The translations under genes and the position numbers were made by a program. Shown here one piece after another: positions 53,023 to 57,911 of a DNA stretch of 57,911 nt. How positions within the stretch are numbered: the stretch's first letter is position 1; each line of letters opens with the position of its first letter. Under the pieces are notes generated by a model. The model had not been told where the DNA came from. It saw nothing but the letters and a program-made list of their open reading frames with translations, and did no database searches. The stretch comes from a virus (lineage: Duplodnaviria; Caudoviricetes). Location: positions 1-57,911 of the IMG/VR virus record IMGVR_UViG_3300027777_000041. One strand, 5' to 3'.

Positions 53023-53252
53023 TATACGGTTTCCTTACCGGAAATCAGGGCTTCAACTTCTGCGACAAACCGACGAATGCCCTCTTGTGCAGCTATTGTA
53101 TCCGATTTTGCCATAATTTCATAGACCCTAACATAGTCATTAGGCTCCTTGCCCCAGACTTCAACGGCAAACCTACCAATAGAAACAGGGGTTGCGGGCT
53201 TAATTACATCCACAACGGCGTTCGCAAGCACTTGATCCATGTATATCCCCAA
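53022..53252 (-). CDS. Hypothetical protein
   Basis: Between terL and portal; TAATG coupling. Confidence 0.7.
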   Translation of the reverse strand: MGIYMDQVLANAVVDVIKPATPVSIGRFAVEVWGKEPNDYVRVYEIMAKSDTIAAQEGIRRFVAEVEALISGKETV

Positions 53253-53291
53253 TGATGCTGGACAGCATTTGGAAACAATACATCATTTTTA

Positions 53292-55013
53292 TTAAATTGG
53301 GTATAGCGGTTCGTAAGTATTATTGCCCTTGAACGTAAACCGGCTTTCGTTGTCCGCTTCCCATTCTTCGCCACGCATAATCGCGCCAGTATCGCGCAAA
53401 TGGCGCATTGCCATGCTTACGGTGTCTACAAGGTCGTCATGTTTTGCTTTTGGAAACTGGCCTACTTGGGTAATTACCATGTCAGCCCATTGTTTGTTGG
53501 GGGCATATACCAGTCCTTCGGCAAACAAATGCTGGACGGAGTACAGTCTGGCCAATTTATCTTGGCTTTTTGGGTCAAACATGTGAACCCCAAATCGCTC
53601 ATGCCCGTACATGCGCCGGATTTCCTGCGCTACGGAGAACCCAGCGGCTTTGTTTTCGATCAAAAGCACGTCTACTTTTAACTTTCGGCAAGTTTCTGAC
53701 ACTTTTTGAACTAGATCGTGCAACTCATGCCGCCCCTGCCATGCATACATAAGCATAACTTTAGGCGATACTTCAGTATAATTTCTTGCTGCATCCACTA
53801 ACCCACCATGTCGGCCACCGGCATGGGTGGACGCTTGCACGGAAATGGCACTAGAAAACACCCCCCACACCGTCATGGCGGATGGGTCGTTTTCTGTTTT
53901 GGTGGTATATGCGGTATCTAATGTAGCAATTACTAGGTCCATGTTTGGGTAGTTGGGAGAATCCCAAGGTTGCCACCAGTCACGTTTAATAATACCGCCG
54001 CCTTTGGGTTCTGGTCTTTGCTGGAGCTGCCCCGCCGCGGCCCAAGGACCTAACTGCTTTTCAAGGATAGCAACTTCGGTTTCACCAAACCGCTCAGGCC
54101 ATAAAAGCAAACCTTCGCGCTTTTCCAATTCAACTTCGGCTTCAAACGACACAGGGATACGGTCGCCATTTTTGGCAACACTAACCAGTGCTTCACCTTC
54201 ATCATTTGTGCCACGCGGGTCATTCCAACCAATTGATGTTGCGGAGTGCCTGTTCCATTCGTATCGCATGGGCAAACACAAGTGTGTCCACTCACCCATG
54301 TTCTTTGACATGATATGTCCGGTTAGGTCTTCTTCTGAAAGCCTCTGCTGGATGACAACAAAGGCACCCGTTTTGGGGTCATTGAGGCGCGTGGACAGGG
54401 CAGAGTCCCACCAGTCAATTGTTGATGCGATGGTAGCTTCTGAGTGGGCTTCTTGCGCTGCATTGGGATCATCGACAACAATAATAGAGCCGCCTTCGCC
54501 AGTAAGTGCGGAGCCCACCGATGTGGAAAGACGCGAACCATTTTTGTCATTATCAAACCTTGTCTTGGTGTTTTGGTCACTGGTTAGTTTGAACCTATCA
54601 CCCCACAAAGATTGATACCACGGGCTTTCAATCAAGCGCCTGCACTTAACCGAATCGCGCAACGCAAGCTGCTGGGCATAGGATGAGTGCAATAGTTGCA
54701 CTCCCGGCCCAGAGGTAGGAGAGATCCACGGTTGTGCCCAGATCCATGCAGGAAAGGCGCAAGATGTAATAGATGATTTACCCATGCGGGGCGGAATATT
54801 GATGATTAGCCGCCTAATGTCACCATCAACAACGGCTTGCAAATGTTCCGCAATAGCTTCGATGGGCCACCCCTCTGTAAAAGGAGAGGCATCAATGTAC
54901 CGCCAAGCATGTTTTAGGAACGTGTACAGGCTGTCTTCACAGTCTGCGCGGTCTAGTTCCTGCAACTGCCTTTCAATGTCGATATGCTTGCCGTCAAGGT
55001 CAAGCGTCGTCAA
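53292..55013 (-). CDS. terL: Terminase large subunit
   Basis: INIPPRMGKS (Walker A); IVVDDP; QQRP; LDTA; IENKAAG; HDDLVD; TTG start at 55013 with GGAG RBS. Confidence 0.93.
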   Translation of the reverse strand: MTTLDLDGKHIDIERQLQELDRADCEDSLYTFLKHAWRYIDASPFTEGWPIEAIAEHLQAVVDGDIRRLIINIPPRMGKSSITSCAFPAWIWAQPWISPTSGPGVQLLHSSYAQQLALRDSVKCRRLIESPWYQSLWGDRFKLTSDQNTKTRFDNDKNGSRLSTSVGSALTGEGGSIIVVDDPNAAQEAHSEATIASTIDWWDSALSTRLNDPKTGAFVVIQQRLSEEDLTGHIMSKNMGEWTHLCLPMRYEWNRHSATSIGWNDPRGTNDEGEALVSVAKNGDRIPVSFEAEVELEKREGLLLWPERFGETEVAILEKQLGPWAAAGQLQQRPEPKGGGIIKRDWWQPWDSPNYPNMDLVIATLDTAYTTKTENDPSAMTVWGVFSSAISVQASTHAGGRHGGLVDAARNYTEVSPKVMLMYAWQGRHELHDLVQKVSETCRKLKVDVLLIENKAAGFSVAQEIRRMYGHERFGVHMFDPKSQDKLARLYSVQHLFAEGLVYAPNKQWADMVITQVGQFPKAKHDDLVDTVSMAMRHLRDTGAIMRGEEWEADNESRFTFKGNNTYEPLYPI

Positions 55014-55188
55014 GCGGCGGCTCCGGCAAATCAATCCAATGGCTGAAGGGGTTTGCAGGATCAAGACCACCTTCGGAGGTCCACTGGTCTTCCCAGTCGT
55101 CCCACCAAGCAATTTCAATCATGTATCCATTCCATGCCAGAAAATCCCGGTCTTTGGGGGCAGTGTCAACAGTTTGCCAATCCATCAC
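55000..55188 (-). CDS. DUF551-like protein
   Basis: WQTVDTAPKD...SHWIDLPEPP. Confidence 0.75.
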   Translation of the reverse strand: MMDWQTVDTAPKDRDFLAWNGYMIEIAWWDDWEDQWTSEGGLDPANPFSHWIDLPEPPLDDA

Positions 55189-55400
55189 ACATTCTCCTTT
55201 AGCTTCTTGCGGGGTCCACGGGGGCGAACAATTGCCCGTGGGTCCCCATTGGGAAGTTCATCTGTACGCATTTCTCTAGCACGGAGTATTATATTACAGA
55301 CATGTCCACGGCATACGCCATAGACGGCAGAAATCTCAGCGGATGTCATTCCGCTGGCCCAGTCATTAAGAATTGCTTCCTTGTCAGCTTTCTTACGCAT
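55185..55400 (-). CDS. Small HTH protein
   Basis: WASGMTSAEISAVYGVCRGHV..II.RAR. Confidence 0.65.
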   Translation of the reverse strand: MRKKADKEAILNDWASGMTSAEISAVYGVCRGHVCNIILRAREMRTDELPNGDPRAIVRPRGPRKKLKENV

Positions 55401-55451
55401 AATTCCCCCAGATGGCGGCATTATAACCCACCAATGGCTTTGACGCCAGTG

Positions 55452-55688
55452 TTAGGTCTTGCCACCGCCAAGAACTTTCAAATCAGCTGTCGGCGCTGAT
55501 TTAATCGTAGATGTAACTTTCTTCATCATGGCATGAACGATGTCTTTGGTATCCGCCCCGGCTAGATTGTCGGCGCAGTTTGCCAACGAAACAAATGCCA
55601 TCATGCGTTGGGCCAGCGGATCAGAATAGATGTCCGCGTCCTCAATGTCCGCAAGCATCACAATATCATCATCATCATCCATTGCCAT
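55452..55688 (-). CDS. Hypothetical protein with acidic N-terminus
   Basis: MAMDDDDDIV; overlaps the upstream stop. Confidence 0.65.
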   Translation of the reverse strand: MAMDDDDDIVMLADIEDADIYSDPLAQRMMAFVSLANCADNLAGADTKDIVHAMMKKVTSTIKSAPTADLKVLGGGKT

Positions 55689-55959
55689 TATCCTTCCCGG
55701 TAGCCAGCCAAGCGTCGTCATCTACTGGATTGTAGAGAGCGGGAGCTTTAGGCGGCGCATAAGCCCGTGGCGGTTCACGGTGGAAGCTGCGAAGTCGGTC
55801 GCTTTCTAGGCGCTCAATCCGCGTTTCCAATTTTATAATGATTCGGTTAAGCTCTATAAGCTCCCGCGCCATTGCGTCTTCTGCATCCATAACGCCATAT
55901 TTAAGCCTAAACATGGACCGAAGTTCCTCCGTAAAAGGAGACATAGCATCTAACATCAT
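55675..55959 (-). CDS. Hypothetical coiled-coil protein
   Basis: ATGA-coupled to the phosphoesterase gene. Confidence 0.65.
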   Translation of the reverse strand: MMLDAMSPFTEELRSMFRLKYGVMDAEDAMARELIELNRIIIKLETRIERLESDRLRSFHREPPRAYAPPKAPALYNPVDDDAWLATGKDNGNG

Positions 55960-56951
55960 CCGTATTTTTCCCCCAACTGATCCATGCTAATGAACTGGTG
56001 TGACACAATATGGCCACCTTTTACTACAAGGTCAAATATACCATACGACCAACCAGTGGTTGCGGTCCCGGCATATTTGGCAATGTATCCTTCTGGCATA
56101 GCAGATCCCAAATTCAAGACTTCTATGCTATTATTGACTCCGATCTTTGGTGCTTTCCGAAAGGCAGAACGATGCGTGTGACCATAGACAATGCTGTGAG
56201 TAGCATGATTTGCTATCTGATTTTCGGAGTTTGCGCCGCCATATGGTTTACCCATTATGTTCTTCGGTGCATGGGTAAAACCAACCCCATCAACAAATAG
56301 CCACTGGCCGTAGGCATGAAGTCTCCAGCGATACCGGGCGCATAGCTCTTCAAACTGTGTATACATTGTAGATACGGTTTCGGGGTTTTTGTTTTCGTAG
56401 CGGGTAATTCGGTCTTCATGGTTCCCGGCGGTCAACTCCATTGGAATGTCTAGATCACCTAGTTCTTTGTAGAAATAACACATCGCTTCTTCGCAGCTTT
56501 CTAAGTCTGCTTTGAAGGATGGCCTACCAGCATGTCCAAGGGAACCAAGCGTTTCATGGGCAGACACCGAATCAAACGAACAGAAGTCACCAATCTGAAT
56601 AATTCGGTCAGGCATTACTTCTCGGCAATGGCGGGCCATCCATTTAAATCGGTCTTTGTTCATACCGGGCTGGTCATGGGTATCGCCAATTGCGATGATT
56701 CGGGTGCCGGAAGACTTACCAGAAACAAACCGGGGTTTAGTACCGGATAGGATAGACACACGTTGCTTAAGCTTTACAACTTCATCTTCAAGGGCTTTAA
56801 CTGTAAATATTGTCTCACTAACTCTAATTCCTATTTTGTTGCCCATTCGATGCCGGTAGGTGCTTTCAGCTAGGCCAACGTATTTGGCAGCTTGCCGAAT
56901 GCTACCTTGTTCTTTCACAAGGTCCTGCATTTGCTCTGCTGTCATTTGCAT
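55956..56951 (-). CDS. Calcineurin-like metallophosphoesterase with N-terminal HTH and coiled coil
   Basis: GSIRQAAKYVGLAESTYR; IGDTH; IGDF; GNHE; THAP; GHTHR. Confidence 0.88.
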   Translation of the reverse strand: MQMTAEQMQDLVKEQGSIRQAAKYVGLAESTYRHRMGNKIGIRVSETIFTVKALEDEVVKLKQRVSILSGTKPRFVSGKSSGTRIIAIGDTHDQPGMNKDRFKWMARHCREVMPDRIIQIGDFCSFDSVSAHETLGSLGHAGRPSFKADLESCEEAMCYFYKELGDLDIPMELTAGNHEDRITRYENKNPETVSTMYTQFEELCARYRWRLHAYGQWLFVDGVGFTHAPKNIMGKPYGGANSENQIANHATHSIVYGHTHRSAFRKAPKIGVNNSIEVLNLGSAMPEGYIAKYAGTATTGWSYGIFDLVVKGGHIVSHQFISMDQLGEKYG

Positions 56952-57028
56952 ATAAAGCTCCAGCCGGGTGTCTCTGATAACACCCTACACAATAAATTGA
57001 CGCCACGCTAGGGGTTGACGTTATTTAA

Positions 57029-57057
57029 TTGACGACACCATACCTAGCCAGTAATGT
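57029..57057 (+). promoter_or_regulatory. Sigma70-like promoter for the tRNA transcript
   Basis: TTGACG-N17-TAATGT; further TTGACG copies at 56997, 57015, 57059. Confidence 0.6.
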
Positions 57058-57062
57058 ATTGA

Positions 57063-57124
57063 CGCCTACTGGTGTTTGCCCGTGCCGGTCACATCGAAAG
57101 ATAGGCGCTCTGCAAAAGGGGCAA
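57063..57124 (+). ncRNA. Candidate structured RNA (three-way junction plus pseudoknot) in the tRNA leader
   Basis: P1 CGCCT/AGGCG; P2 ACTGGTG/TGCCGGT; P3 ATC-GAAA-GAT; loop TTGCCC complementary to downstream GGGCAA. Confidence 0.45.
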
Positions 57125-57133
57125 CGGACTTTA

Positions 57134-57207
57134 TCCCGCGTCGTCCAAAGGTAGGACATCTGACTTTGACTCAGGCAATCGTGGTTCGAATCCATGCGCG
57201 GGAACCA
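57134..57207 (+). tRNA. trnQ: tRNA-Gln (anticodon TTG)
   Basis: Acceptor TCCCGCG/CGCGGGA; D arm GTC..GAC; anticodon loop CTTTGAC; GGTTCGAATCC T arm; encoded CCA. Confidence 0.93.
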
Positions 57208-57222
57208 AACAAGGGGGTAGTC

Positions 57223-57429
57223 ATGAAGTGGAAGCCGATCAAGAGTGCGCCGAAAGATGCAGCGGAGTTGCTGCTGTGGGCTGAAGGCAAACTCACCAAT
57301 GAAGGGGTGGCTTGGATGGGTATCTGGGAGCCCGAAGACGAACAGTGGCATGTGCTGGGATATGACATGGTGATTAATCCGACGCACTGGATGCATATCC
57401 CGGAGGGGCCGAAGGTGGTTAAAGAATAG
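57223..57429 (+). CDS. DUF551-like protein
   Basis: MKWKPIKSAPKD...NPTHWMHIPEGP. Confidence 0.75.
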   Translation: MKWKPIKSAPKDAAELLLWAEGKLTNEGVAWMGIWEPEDEQWHVLGYDMVINPTHWMHIPEGPKVVKE

Positions 57430-57543
57430 GCAGGGGGACCCCGGTAAAGGTCACTGGGTAGTTCGGTTATCAAAAAGACACATTCTAGCCTCATTATCTT
57501 TCTTCCCATTCCGCCGTGCGGAAAGGTCTAAAAGGAGAGAAGC

Positions 57544-57804
57544 ATGAAGTGGCTTATCGAAAAGATCATGTCCTATCCAGTTCCTAACAAGGAGTTCGGA
57601 CTGTTCTACATCCCCGGCTTTGAGTGGGTTGCTGAGTTCTGCAACAGCAACGAAGAGAACGATGGTTGCGTCCTTGGCGAAGTTGAAGGCGACTACCGTG
57701 GTTTTGGCTCCACCCCCGAAGAGGCTCTGGAAGACCTGATCGAAGAGCTTGAGCTTTGCGATTGGGAAGACGCGGAAGAGGATGAAGAGGAAGAGGAAGC
57801 CTAA
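57544..57804 (+). CDS. Very acidic small protein
   Basis: AAGGAG RBS; GFGSTPEEALEDL; C-terminal EDAEEDEEEEEA. Confidence 0.75.
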   Translation: MKWLIEKIMSYPVPNKEFGLFYIPGFEWVAEFCNSNEENDGCVLGEVEGDYRGFGSTPEEALEDLIEELELCDWEDAEEDEEEEEA

Positions 57805-57842
57805 CCTACGGTTCAGGCACCTAGTACCTACCTAGTACCTAG

Positions 57843-57871
57843 CAGGGGACCCACAAGTCCCCTGTTTTTTT
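57843..57871 (+). terminator. Rho-independent terminator
   Basis: CAGGGGAC-ccacaa-GTCCCCTG-TTTTTTT. Confidence 0.8.
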
Positions 57872-57911
57872 GTGCCTATATGGGGCAGGGGGACCCGGAG
57901 GGGTGGGGGTA

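Noticed and set aside
55014-55118. N-terminal extension of terL given in the ORF track
   Set aside because: Overlaps the DUF551-like gene; TTG at 55013 has a GGAG RBS and is the more plausible start
57134-57207. tRNA as an attachment site of an integrated prophage
   Set aside because: No integrase, no duplicated tRNA 3' end noticed, no flanking host genes

Overview
The window is very probably the complete (circularly permuted, ~58 kb) genome of a short-tailed (podovirus-like) dsDNA phage of an alphaproteobacterial host. The host call rests on a GcrA homologue, alpha-type LexA boxes and a canonical parS. Modules: terS (570-1223); small early genes on + with strong GGTC strand bias (2.0-4.7 kb); replication/modification genes on - (primase, two DNA MTases, SF2 helicase, HTH initiator with iteron-like repeats, RusA; 4.7-13.3 kb); recombination genes on + (Erf, YqaJ exonuclease, HNH, GcrA; 13.4-18 kb); one long late region on - (terL, portal, internal proteins, GroES, scaffold, capsid, adaptor/tail tubular proteins, collagen fibre plus glycosyltransferase, lysis genes, ejection proteins, fibres; 18-57 kb); and tRNA-Gln. 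I recognise no integrase, CI/S24 repressor, ParA, HTH-bearing ParB or LexA gene. Most striking: (1) a ~330-bp non-coding array just downstream of terS interleaving four host-type parS palindromes with runs of GAAC/GTTC-N7 LexA boxes and a third unknown repeat, a candidate multi-regulator DNA decoy or hub; (2) a small gene fusing a twin-arginine-like signal to a 46-aa major-capsid fragment; (3) an array of repeat-bounded gene cassettes that has captured a methyltransferase; (4) a shared [FYKR]-x-x-GG tag across many late proteins; (5) several candidate structured RNAs. All product calls come from reading motifs by eye; no searches were run.
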